Shown here: one piece after another, positions 18,257 to 32,224 of the stretch
How the letters are laid out: the number at the start of each line of letters is the position of its first letter
Position numbering within the stretch: position 1 is the stretch's first letter
Source of the DNA: Escherichia coli
GTDB lineage: Bacteria > Pseudomonadota > Gammaproteobacteria > Enterobacterales > Enterobacteriaceae
NCBI RefSeq assembly: GCF_050920415.1
Contig: NZ_CP169309.1
DNA length: 64,000 nucleotides
Strand: one strand, 5' to 3'
Notes under the pieces: generated by a model
What the model was told of the DNA's origin: nothing
What the model saw: only the letters and a program-made list of their open reading frames with translations
Databases searched by the model: none
Translations under genes and position numbers: made by a program

Positions 18257-19480
18257 CCTGTTTACCTCTTTCTCAGGAAGTTTAGTCTCCAGGATTTCCG
18301 GGGCGGTTCACATCCCCGGCATGGAAATGCTGGTTAAGAACTATGGCATCATGCTACGGATTCAATACAAGCAAAAACTTTCTCACTGGCTGTCACCATT
18401 GCTGGAACCGGGTGAAGATGTTTATCAGCTTTCGGGTAACGATCTCGCGCTGCGACTGAATACAGAAGCGCACCAGGAGCGCATTACCGCACTGGATAGC
18501 CATCTCAAGCAATTTCGTTTCTTTTGGGATGGAATGCCGATGCAACCGCAGATTGGCGTCAGTTACTGCTATGTGCGCTCGCCAGTGAATCATATCTACT
18601 TACTGCTGGGAGAGCTAAATACGGTTGCTGAACTCTCCATCGTGACCAACGCCCCGGAAAATATGCAGCGTCGCGGGGCAATGTATTTGCAACGCGAATT
18701 GAAAGATAAAGTCGCGATGATGAATCGGCTACAGCAGGCGCTGGAACACAACCATTTTTTCCTGATGGCCCAGCCGATTACCGGTATGCGTGGTGATGTC
18801 TACCATGAGATCCTTCTGCGCATGAAAGGTGATAATGATGAACTGATCAGCCCCGACAGCTTCTTGCCGGTCGCGCACGAATTTGGTTTATCGTCGAGTA
18901 TCGACATGTGGGTCATTGAGCATACGCTGCAATTTATGGCTGAAAACAGAGCGAAGATGCCCGCTCACCGTTTTGCTATTAATCTGTCGCCAACCTCGGT
19001 ATGTCAGGCTCGTTTTCCATTTGAAGTCAGTCAGTTGCTGGCTAAATATCAAATTGAAGCGTGGCAACTTATTTTTGAAGTCACCGAAAGTAATGCTCTG
19101 ACCAATGTTAAGCAGGCGCAGATCACCTTGCAGCATCTTCAGGAATTAGGCTGCCAGATTGCGATTGATGATTTCGGAACCGGCTACGCCAGCTATGCAC
19201 GGCTTAAAAATGTGAATGCCGATCTGCTTAAAATTGACGGCAGTTTTATCCGCAATATTGTGTCAAATAGTCTGGATTATCAGATAGTGGCGTCGATTTG
19301 CCACCTGGCGCGAATGAAGAAAATGCTGGTAGTGGCAGAGTACGTTGAAAACGAAGAGATCCGCGAGGCGGTGCTCTCTTTGGGGATCGATTATATGCAG
19401 GGTTATCTTATTGGTAAGCCGCAACCGTTAATTGATACGCTGAATGAAATCGAACCCATTCGCGAAAGTGCCTGAATAAT

Positions 19481-19507
19481 GCGGGCCGACATTTCTTGTC
19501 GGCCCGC
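19481..19507. terminator. Bidirectional terminator hairpin between convergent pdeF and ppx (GCGGGCCGACA-TTTCT-TGTCGGCCCGC)
   Basis: 11-bp GC-rich perfect inverted repeat with 5-nt loop, 6 nt after the pdeF stop and just beyond the ppx stop. Confidence 0.55.
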
Positions 19508-19513
19508 AAAGCA

Positions 19514-23126
<3,613 letters not shown>

Positions 23127-23297
23127 TACCACTTTTACTCCGTTTTATTCACGGGACACTGCCTGGATATTATGGCGAGCAATATTGGCAGATGTCCAAC
23201 TATGCCAGAAAAGGGGGAAAAAAACTGCTGGAGCTTGCGATTTACAGGTGAATTGAAAAACGCCAGCGGCAGAGCTGGCGCTTTAACTACGGGGGCA

Positions 23298-23935
23298 TTA
23301 CTCGTCGGCAGCGTAGCCCTGCGGCGGCAGACGTTGACCATCCAGCCACGCGGCGTTTTCGTGCATTTTCAGACGACCATCGGCAAACCAGCTAATCACC
23401 AGTGGATAAATAGCGTGTTCCTGGGTTTGCACGCGGGCGGTGATGTCATCCTCCGTATCACCAGCAAATACCGGGACTTTCGCCTGTAAAATAACCGGGC
23501 CACCGTCCAGTTCATCGGTGACGAAATGCACCGATGTACCGTGCTCTTCATCGCCATTTTCCAGCGCCTGACGATGGGTGTGTAATCCGGGATATTTCGG
23601 CAGCAGAGAAGGGTGAATATTCAGCAAACGCCCGGCATAGTGGGAGACAAACGCCGGGCTGAGAATGCGCATAAAACCAGCCAGCACGACCACATCGGGT
23701 GCGTACATGTCGATTTCATGAATCAACTCCCGGTCATAGGCTTCACGACTGTCAAACGCGCTGGCGATGAGCGTATGGGTAGCAATACCCGCCTGGCGGG
23801 CGCGTTCAAGGCCGAACGCGTCGGCCTTATTGCTGAAAACTGCCCGTAGGGTGCCTTTAATTTTGTTGGCTTTGCAGGCGTCAATTATTGCCTGCAAATT
23901 ACTTCCGTTGCCGGAAATAAGCACCACAATATTCA

Positions 23936-23936
<1 letters not shown>
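23298..23936 (-). CDS. purN: Phosphoribosylglycinamide formyltransferase 1
   Basis: 212 aa MNIVVLISGNGSNLQAIIDACK...; overlaps the purM stop by 1 nt. Confidence 0.95.
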
Positions 23937-24991
<1,055 letters not shown>

Positions 24992-25036
24992 TTACTTGCG
25001 GTAGAAAAATAAAATTCGGCGCAATTCTAACAGGGA

Positions 25037-25052
25037 AAGCAAACGTTTGCGA
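25037..25052. promoter_or_regulatory. PurR operator (PUR box) AAGCAAACGTTTGCGA upstream of purMN
   Basis: Palindrome GCAAACGTTTGC matching the PurR box consensus, 64 nt upstream of the purM GTG. Confidence 0.7.
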
Positions 25053-25249
25053 GACTGCTTTACACAACCTTTTTGCACTTCATTTTCCCAAGCGCGCGGC
25101 GAAAGAATAGCTGCACCGTGGCAAAGGAGAGTTTTTGGATGGAATAATATTCTTTCATAACCACATGAATATAAAGTAACTTTATCTAAAACCGTTATCA
25201 TTTTGACTAAAGTCAACGAAAATAATATTGCCGCCTTGAAGAAAGGAGG

Positions 25250-25270
25250 TATAATCCGTCGATTTTTTTT
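25250..25270 (+). promoter_or_regulatory. upp promoter -10 (TATAAT) and T8 initiation tract (UTP-sensitive start-site selection / reiterative transcription)
   Basis: TATAAT at 25250-25255 followed by CCGTCGATTTTTTTTG; matches the arrangement described for the E. coli upp-uraA promoter. Confidence 0.55.
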
Positions 25271-25297
25271 GTGGCTGCCCCTCAAAGGAGAAAGAGT

Positions 25298-25924
25298 ATG
25301 AAGATCGTGGAAGTCAAACACCCACTCGTCAAACACAAGCTGGGACTGATGCGTGAGCAAGATATCAGCACCAAGCGCTTTCGCGAACTCGCTTCCGAAG
25401 TGGGTAGCCTGCTGACTTACGAAGCGACCGCCGACCTCGAAACGGAAAAAGTAACTATCGAAGGCTGGAACGGCCCGGTAGAAATCGACCAGATCAAAGG
25501 TAAGAAAATTACCGTTGTGCCAATTCTGCGTGCGGGTCTGGGGATGATGGACGGTGTGCTGGAAAACGTTCCGAGCGCGCGCATCAGCGTCGTCGGTATG
25601 TACCGTAATGAAGAAACGCTGGAGCCGGTACCGTACTTCCAGAAACTGGTTTCTAACATCGATGAGCGTATGGCGCTGATCGTTGACCCAATGCTGGCAA
25701 CCGGTGGTTCCGTTATCGCGACCATCGACCTGCTGAAAAAAGCGGGCTGCAGCAGCATCAAAGTTCTGGTGCTGGTAGCTGCGCCAGAAGGTATCGCAGC
25801 GCTGGAAAAAGCGCACCCGGACGTCGAACTGTATACTGCATCGATTGACCAGGGACTGAACGAGCACGGATACATTATTCCGGGCCTCGGCGATGCCGGT
25901 GACAAAATCTTTGGTACGAAATAA
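25298..25924 (+). CDS. upp: Uracil phosphoribosyltransferase
   Basis: 208 aa from ATG at 25298 ([20 protein letters not shown]...); GGAG RBS 8 nt upstream; ORF track is extended 9 codons. Confidence 0.95.
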
Positions 25925-25940
25925 AGAATAAAAATAATTA

Positions 25941-25969
25941 AAGCCGACTTTAAGAGTCGGCTTTTTTTT
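25941..25969 (+). terminator. Intrinsic terminator/attenuator between upp and uraA (AAGCCGACT-TTAAG-AGTCGGCTT + T8)
   Basis: 9-bp stem and 5-nt loop followed by TTTTTTTT, 17 nt after the upp stop. Confidence 0.6.
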
Positions 25970-26009
25970 GAGTAAAGCGCCTATAACACATAATACAGAG
26001 GATAATACT

Positions 26010-27299
26010 ATGACGCGCCGTGCTATCGGGGTGAGTGAAAGACCGCCACTTTTACAGACAATCCCGCTTAGTTTGCAACATTTGTTCGCCATGTTTGGTG
26101 CAACCGTCCTGGTGCCCGTCTTATTTCATATTAACCCGGCGACTGTACTGTTATTTAACGGTATAGGAACGCTGCTGTATCTCTTCATCTGTAAAGGGAA
26201 AATCCCGGCTTATCTTGGTTCCAGCTTTGCCTTTATTTCACCGGTATTGTTACTGTTGCCGTTAGGGTATGAAGTCGCGCTGGGCGGCTTTATTATGTGC
26301 GGCGTGCTGTTCTGCCTGGTTTCTTTTATCGTGAAGAAAGCGGGGACCGGCTGGCTGGACGTGCTGTTTCCACCTGCGGCAATGGGCGCAATCGTTGCCG
26401 TCATCGGTCTGGAGTTGGCGGGCGTAGCTGCCGGTATGGCAGGTTTACTCCCGGCTGAAGGGCAAACGCCAGACTCCAAAACCATCATCATCTCCATTAC
26501 CACGCTGGCAGTCACGGTTTTAGGTTCCGTGCTGTTTCGTGGTTTCCTGGCAATTATCCCGATTTTAATTGGTGTGCTGGTAGGGTATGCGCTCTCTTTC
26601 GCAATGGGGATTGTCGATACCACGCCGATTATTAACGCCCACTGGTTTGCGCTGCCAACTCTCTATACGCCGCGCTTCGAGTGGTTTGCCATTCTGACTA
26701 TTCTGCCAGCGGCGTTAGTGGTTATTGCCGAACACGTAGGGCACCTGGTAGTAACGGCTAATATCGTCAAAAAAGATCTGCTGCGCGATCCAGGTCTGCA
26801 CCGTTCGATGTTTGCTAACGGCTTGTCGACCGTGATCTCCGGCTTCTTTGGCTCCACGCCAAATACTACCTACGGGGAAAACATTGGCGTGATGGCGATC
26901 ACCCGTGTTTACAGTACCTGGGTTATCGGCGGGGCGGCGATTTTCGCTATCCTGCTTTCCTGCGTCGGTAAACTGGCTGCTGCTATCCAGATGATCCCAT
27001 TGCCGGTGATGGGCGGCGTTTCGCTGCTGCTTTATGGTGTTATCGGTGCTTCCGGTATTCGTGTTTTGATCGAATCGAAAGTGGATTACAACAAAGCACA
27101 GAACCTGATCCTGACTTCCGTGATTTTGATCATCGGTGTCAGTGGTGCCAAGGTAAACATTGGCGCGGCGGAGCTGAAAGGTATGGCGCTGGCGACCATC
27201 GTCGGTATCGGCTTAAGTTTGATCTTCAAACTGATTAGTGTGCTGCGCCCTGAAGAAGTGGTGCTGGACGCAGAAGACGCGGATATAACAGACAAATAA
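26010..27299 (+). CDS. uraA: Uracil:proton symporter (NCS2 family)
   Basis: 429 aa from ATG at 26010 ([36 protein letters not shown]...); ORF track is extended 14 codons. Confidence 0.95.
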   Translation: MTRRAIGVSERPPLLQTIPLSLQHLFAMFGATVLVPVLFHINPATVLLFNGIGTLLYLFICKGKIPAYLGSSFAFISPVLLLLPLGYEVALGGFIMCGVLFCLVSFIVKKAGTGWLDVLFPPAAMGAIVAVIGLELAGVAAGMAGLLPAEGQTPDSKTIIISITTLAVTVLGSVLFRGFLAIIPILIGVLVGYALSFAMGIVDTTPIINAHWFALPTLYTPRFEWFAILTILPAALVVIAEHVGHLVVTANIVKKDLLRDPGLHRSMFANGLSTVISGFFGSTPNTTYGENIGVMAITRVYSTWVIGGAAIFAILLSCVGKLAAAIQMIPLPVMGGVSLLLYGVIGASGIRVLIESKVDYNKAQNLILTSVILIIGVSGAKVNIGAAELKGMALATIVGIGLSLIFKLISVLRPEEVVLDAEDADITDK

Positions 27300-27393
27300 T
27301 GTACCGACCGGGCAGTGTTGCTGCCCGGTTCAAACATCATGGGATTCTGTGGTAAACTTCTCGCGATTTTGTGAAATCCTGGTTGAGGTATCT

Positions 27394-28095
27394 CTGAACA
27401 CACCGGCACAGCTCTCTTTGCCACTTTATCTTCCTGACGACGAAACCTTTGCAAGTTTCTGGCCGGGGGATAACTCCTCTTTACTGGCCGCGCTGCAAAA
27501 CGTGCTGCGTCAGGAACATAGCGGTTACATCTATCTCTGGGCACGCGAAGGCGCGGGGCGCAGCCATCTGCTGCACGCGGCTTGCGCGGAATTGTCGCAG
27601 CGTGGCGATGCGGTGGGCTATGTCCCGCTGGATAAACGCACCTGGTTTGTTCCGGAAGTGCTCGACGGTATGGAGCATTTGTCGCTGGTCTGTATCGACA
27701 ACATTGAGTGTATTGCAGGCGATGAGTTGTGGGAGATGGCGATTTTCGATCTCTACAATCGAATTCTGGAATCGGGTAAAACACGGTTGTTAATCACCGG
27801 CGATCGTCCACCGCGGCAGTTGAATCTGGGATTACCGGATCTCGCGTCGCGACTCGACTGGGGGCAGATCTACAAATTGCAGCCTCTTTCTGATGAAGAT
27901 AAGTTGCAGGCGCTACAGTTACGCGCGCGTTTGCGTGGTTTTGAACTGCCGGAAGATGTGGGGCGTTTCTTGCTGAAGCGGCTCGACAGAGAGATGCGCA
28001 CGTTATTTATGACGTTGGATCAGTTGGATCGTGCGTCGATTACCGCGCAACGTAAGCTGACCATTCCGTTTGTGAAAGAGATTCTGAAACTGTAG
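27394..28095 (+). CDS. hda: DnaA-inactivating protein Hda (AAA+), probable CTG start
   Basis: 233 codons from CTG at 27394 ([21 protein letters not shown]...), in line with the CUG start reported for Hda; the ORF-track ATG at 27349 would add 15 residues. Confidence 0.85.
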
Positions 28096-28107
28096 ACAAG
28101 ACGTTTA

Positions 28108-28172
28108 TTGTCGGATGCGCACCCATAGTATTCGTCGGCCGGATAAGACGCGGCAAGCGTCGCATCCGGCAA
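28108..28172. repeat. REP/BIME-like palindromic repeat
   Basis: GCCGGATAAGACGCGGCAAGCGTCGCATCCGGC and an adjacent CGGATGCGC unit in the hda-yfgD intergenic region; typical enterobacterial REP sequence. Confidence 0.5.
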
Positions 28173-28200
28173 CGTGATTTAACTCGCGAAAGGGCGCATA

Positions 28201-28560
28201 TTAACCCACGATTTCCAGCACCTGCTCCGGTGGACGACCAATTCGCGCTTTGCCATTCGCGACCACAATCGGGCGCTCCATTAGCTTCGGATTATCCACC
28301 ATTGCCTGAATCAGCGCCTCTTCGCTAAGCGAACTGTCAGCCAGGTTCAGTTCTTTATAAAGATCCTCTTTCTGGCGCATCAATTCACGAGCGCTATTCA
28401 TTCCCAGCATTTTCAGCAAATCGCGCAGCGTTGCCGCATCGGCGGGTGTCTCAAGGTAGAGCACCACTTCTGGCTCCACGCCGTTTTCTTTCAGCAGGTT
28501 CAGCGTTTCCCGGCTCTTTGAACAGCGTGGGTTATGGTAGATTTTTACCTGTTTGGTCAT
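28201..28560 (-). CDS. yfgD: ArsC-family (Spx/ArsC-like) reductase
   Basis: 119 aa MTKQVKIYHNPRCSKSRETLNLLKENGVEPEVVLYLETP... with the CxxS/redox motif of the ArsC family. Confidence 0.9.
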   Translation of the reverse strand: MTKQVKIYHNPRCSKSRETLNLLKENGVEPEVVLYLETPADAATLRDLLKMLGMNSARELMRQKEDLYKELNLADSSLSEEALIQAMVDNPKLMERPIVVANGKARIGRPPEQVLEIVG

Positions 28561-28580
28561 TGTTCTTCCTTTAATGCGAA

Positions 28581-30044
28581 TTACATCTTGGTATAAGGCT
28601 TAAAGCGTTCTTGCAGCTGGCGCAACTGGTCGATGCGCGCATCGTAACGCGCTTGTTGCAGGCTGCCTAATTTCACCTGAGAACTGGCGCTACTCAACAA
28701 GGAAATGGCCTGATCGAGTCGCCCGGCGAGCGCATAACCTTCTGCTCGCGCAGCCAGTTCCTGATCGCGGTTATTTAGTGCGGCTTCCGCCTGTGCCAGT
28801 AAATCCCAGCCGTTGCTGTCATCTTTATTGTTAAAAGTGTAGCGATTCAGAATATTGGCCGCTTCCTGTGGTTGCCCCCCTTGCAGATAAGCGTTCGCCA
28901 GGTTGAGCTGCAACACCGGATTGGTGCGCAAATCGCGGGCATTTTTCAGGCGATTGATAGCGTCATTGGCTTTGTTTTGCCCAAGATCGATATCGGTAGC
29001 CAGATCGAGATACCATGCGTTGCCAGGTTCTGCCGCCAGTAACGGTTGCAGCGTTTTACGCGCTTCGTCGTATTTATTGGCTTCCATCGCCTGTAAAGCA
29101 CGACCATATTGCGCCGCTCGTTGCTGACGAACGTTTCCTTTCGCCCATTCATCCAGCAAATCACTGGTGAGCTGATTACGTCCGGAATTATACATCCCCA
29201 GTGTGCGCGCTTTCGCCAGATAGAAATCCTCCGACGACTGCACCACCATCGGGCGCATCTGATTAGCACGGTTGCGGGCATCTGCCAGACGACTTTCCGG
29301 CAATGGGTGAGTCAATAAAATTTCCGGCGGACGCGAGGAGTAACGCGCCTGATCGAGCAATTTTTCGAGGAAGGTCGGCATCGCCTGCGGATCGAATCCT
29401 GAGCGTTGCAGCACCTGAATACCAATGCGATCCGCTTCCTGTTCATTTTGCTGGGTGAAGCTGATCATCCCCTGGCGCGTTCCCGCCAGTGTACCGGTCA
29501 GCGCTGCCATCCCCGCCTGCGGACTGGCCATCGCCAGTAAAATAGAACCTAACGCGCCGACCCAGGTAAGCGGTGCGCTGCGCTGTTGATCTTCCATCGC
29601 TCGCGCCAGGTGACGTTGGGTGACGTGGGAGATTTCGTGCGCCATAACTGAAGCCAGTTGACTTTCGTTATCGGAATAACGGAACAGGGCAGAGTGCAAC
29701 ACCACGTTGCCGCCAAAGAAAGCAAAGGCGTTAATTTCGTCGTTATTGATCAAAAAGAAATGGAACGGCGTCTTAACCGAATTGGCATGCGAAACCAGAC
29801 GCATCCCCAGCGAATTAATGTACTGCGTTAACAACGGGTCATTAATTAACGGCGCACTGCCGCGTAATTGGCGGACATAATAGTCGCCCATCTGCATTTC
29901 CTGACCAATGGAAAGCGTGCTTCCTGCGGAGGTTCCCATATCCGGCAAGGTGTCTGCGCTATCGGCAAACGCCGGGGCTACCTGACCGATAGTCATAGCA
30001 GCAATGAGGGTAGCAACCAGGTTTTTTTTCAACTGCCTGAACAT
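28581..30044 (-). CDS. bepA: Periplasmic M48 metalloprotease/chaperone with TPR domain (BepA)
   Basis: 487 aa; signal peptide; HEISH zinc-binding motif ([12 protein letters not shown]); C-terminal TPR-like repeats. Confidence 0.95.
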   Translation of the reverse strand: MFRQLKKNLVATLIAAMTIGQVAPAFADSADTLPDMGTSAGSTLSIGQEMQMGDYYVRQLRGSAPLINDPLLTQYINSLGMRLVSHANSVKTPFHFFLINNDEINAFAFFGGNVVLHSALFRYSDNESQLASVMAHEISHVTQRHLARAMEDQQRSAPLTWVGALGSILLAMASPQAGMAALTGTLAGTRQGMISFTQQNEQEADRIGIQVLQRSGFDPQAMPTFLEKLLDQARYSSRPPEILLTHPLPESRLADARNRANQMRPMVVQSSEDFYLAKARTLGMYNSGRNQLTSDLLDEWAKGNVRQQRAAQYGRALQAMEANKYDEARKTLQPLLAAEPGNAWYLDLATDIDLGQNKANDAINRLKNARDLRTNPVLQLNLANAYLQGGQPQEAANILNRYTFNNKDDSNGWDLLAQAEAALNNRDQELAARAEGYALAGRLDQAISLLSSASSQVKLGSLQQARYDARIDQLRQLQERFKPYTKM

Positions 30045-30256
30045 AACCTCTGTCCTGTGTTTCTGGAGATAGTCATTTGACCGATACTGTGAAATATCGT
30101 TCCCACCGCGCCGCCTTTGAGTGTAACGGCGAAGATTAGCCCACTCAAATGACTTTTCAGTTTCCTGAATCCGTCATAAAAAGCGAAGTCTTTTTTGTGA
30201 CATTTCGATACAATTGCGGATCACAATCCCGCTCTTGAGGTTCAGGGAAGGTCTTT

Positions 30257-31318
30257 ATGCTCGAAATGTTGATGCAATGGTATCGCCGCCGTTTTAGTGA
30301 CCCGGAAGCGATTGCCTTGCTGGTTATTTTAGTTGCCGGATTTGGCATTATCTTTTTCTTTAGCGGCCTACTCGCACCGTTGCTGGTGGCGATTGTGCTG
30401 GCCTATTTACTGGAATGGCCAACCGTGCGGCTACAATCAATAGGCTGCTCCCGACGCTGGGCGACGTCGATTGTATTGGTCGTTTTCGTCGGTATTTTGC
30501 TGCTGATGGCGTTCGTGGTAATGCCTATCGCCTGGCAACAGGGCATCTACTTAATCCGCGATATGCCGGGGATGCTCAATAAGCTCTCTGATTTTGCCGC
30601 CACGTTGCCGCGCCGCTATCCGGCGTTAATGGATGCGGGGATTATTGATGCAATGGCCGAAAATATGCGCAGCCGGATGCTCACCATGGGCGATTCGGTG
30701 GTGAAAATTTCCCTCGCCTCGCTGGTCGGTTTGCTGACCATTGCCGTCTATCTGGTGCTGGTACCATTGATGGTCTTCTTCCTGCTGAAAGACAAAGAGC
30801 AGATGCTGAACGCCGTTCGCCGGGTGCTGCCGCGTAACCGTGGACTGGCAGGACAGGTGTGGAAGGAGATGAATCAACAAATCACCAACTATATCCGCGG
30901 CAAAGTGCTGGAGATGATCGTGGTGGGGATTGCCACCTGGCTGGGATTCTTACTCTTCGGGCTGAACTATTCGCTGCTGCTGGCGGTGCTGGTCGGCTTC
31001 TCGGTACTTATTCCGTACATTGGTGCATTTGTGGTGACCATTCCGGTGGTTGGCGTGGCGCTATTCCAGTTTGGTGCTGGCACGGAATTCTGGAGCTGCT
31101 TCGCGGTGTATCTGATCATTCAGGCGCTGGACGGCAACCTGTTAGTACCTGTGTTGTTCTCCGAAGCGGTTAACCTGCATCCGCTGGTCATTATTTTATC
31201 AGTAGTGATCTTCGGTGGTTTGTGGGGATTCTGGGGCGTATTCTTCGCCATTCCATTGGCGACGCTGATCAAAGCCGTGATTCACGCCTGGCCCGATGGG
31301 CAAATCGCGCAAGAATAA
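30257..31318 (+). CDS. perM: AI-2E family transporter PerM (YfgO)
   Basis: 353 aa polytopic membrane protein; matches E. coli perM position and length. Confidence 0.9.
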   Translation: MLEMLMQWYRRRFSDPEAIALLVILVAGFGIIFFFSGLLAPLLVAIVLAYLLEWPTVRLQSIGCSRRWATSIVLVVFVGILLLMAFVVMPIAWQQGIYLIRDMPGMLNKLSDFAATLPRRYPALMDAGIIDAMAENMRSRMLTMGDSVVKISLASLVGLLTIAVYLVLVPLMVFFLLKDKEQMLNAVRRVLPRNRGLAGQVWKEMNQQITNYIRGKVLEMIVVGIATWLGFLLFGLNYSLLLAVLVGFSVLIPYIGAFVVTIPVVGVALFQFGAGTEFWSCFAVYLIIQALDGNLLVPVLFSEAVNLHPLVIILSVVIFGGLWGFWGVFFAIPLATLIKAVIHAWPDGQIAQE

Positions 31319-31354
31319 TCTTCAGCCCGACGAACTGTTTCGCCGGGCTGATTT

Positions 31355-32203
31355 TTAGGGTTCCTGACGTAAATAAATCGCCCGATAACAAATACTCACC
31401 AACACTGCACCGCCGATAATATTACCCAGCATCACCGGGAGCAGATTGGCGGTAATAAAATGGCTGACCGTCAGTGCCGGAAAATTGTCTGCGCTACTGT
31501 GCGCCAGTTGCCAGAAGGAGGTAGGGGCGAAATGGCGAATGGCAATGGCGAACGGAATCACAAACAAATTGGCGATACAGTGCTCAAAGCCACTGGCGAC
31601 AAACAGGGTGATGGGCAAAATCATGGCGACGATTTTGTCGCATAATGAACGTCCGCAATAACTCATCCACAGCGCCAGACAAACCATCAGATTGCACATA
31701 ATGCCGAGGCTGACAGATTCAGTAAATGTATGATGCATTTTGCCCTCGGCGCAGTGTAAAACCGCGACTCCCCACATCGCGTTTTCACTCATCACCAGCC
31801 CGGAAAACCAGATTAACAAACTGAAACAGGCAATACCTGCCAGATTACCGCAGGCCACCAGAAGTGCATTAATCAGCCATGTTCGCCAGCTAATAATGCC
31901 CCGACTTTTTGCCATCACCGTCATTACCGACGAGGTGAACAGGCTGGTGCCGCAAACCGCCAGCAAAATAAAGCCGAGTGTAAAGCAAAGGCCACCCACC
32001 AGATGGGTTAATGCCTGTGAAGACGGGGCATCGGCGATAACGGTAAGGTAAAAAGTAAATCCGATCGTCATAAACACGCCTGCGGACATCGCCATTAAAA
32101 AGACCGACACTTTGCTGCGGGCAATTTTATGGGCGGCAATCCGTTCAGCGATTGCCGCTTTTCTGGCGCTCAACTGCAAGTCGAAAGAGAGTTTGTTTCT
32201 CAT
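31355..32203 (-). CDS. focB: Formate channel (FNT family)
   Basis: 282 aa; FNT-type multi-span protein directly downstream of the hyf operon. Confidence 0.9.
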   Translation of the reverse strand: MRNKLSFDLQLSARKAAIAERIAAHKIARSKVSVFLMAMSAGVFMTIGFTFYLTVIADAPSSQALTHLVGGLCFTLGFILLAVCGTSLFTSSVMTVMAKSRGIISWRTWLINALLVACGNLAGIACFSLLIWFSGLVMSENAMWGVAVLHCAEGKMHHTFTESVSLGIMCNLMVCLALWMSYCGRSLCDKIVAMILPITLFVASGFEHCIANLFVIPFAIAIRHFAPTSFWQLAHSSADNFPALTVSHFITANLLPVMLGNIIGGAVLVSICYRAIYLRQEP

Positions 32204-32224
32204 GCATACTCCTGCAAAAACAGA

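Larger units (their letters stand above)
17001..18310 (-). mobile_element. IS3-family insertion sequence, IS629/IS3411-like, complete (1310 bp)
   Basis: Terminal inverted repeats TGAACCGCCCCGGGTTTCCTGGAG (17001-) and CTCCAGGATTTCCGGGGCGGTTCA (-18310); 3-bp direct repeats CAT at 16998-17000 and 18311-18313; two overlapping transposase ORFs on the minus strand. OrfA matches IS629 OrfA as recalled from memory. Confidence 0.9.
15919..19475 (+). pseudogene. pdeF: pdeF (yfgF) c-di-GMP phosphodiesterase gene interrupted by an IS3-family element; fragments 15919..17000 (MASE1 part) and 18314..19475 (EAL-containing part)
   Basis: N-terminal ORF (multi-span MASE1-like) runs into the IS and stops 13 codons inside it; the frame resumes 4 nt after the IS end (…LCYLRI-PG-MEMLVKNYG…). 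Removing the IS and one CAT repeat gives a 2244-nt ORF = 747 aa, the length of E. coli PdeF. Confidence 0.9.

Noticed and set aside
24992-26092. 366-aa minus-strand ORF spanning the purM-upp promoter region and all of upp
   Set aside because: Antisense to upp and to regulatory DNA; crosses the PUR box and the upp promoter; upp is a conserved, well-defined gene.
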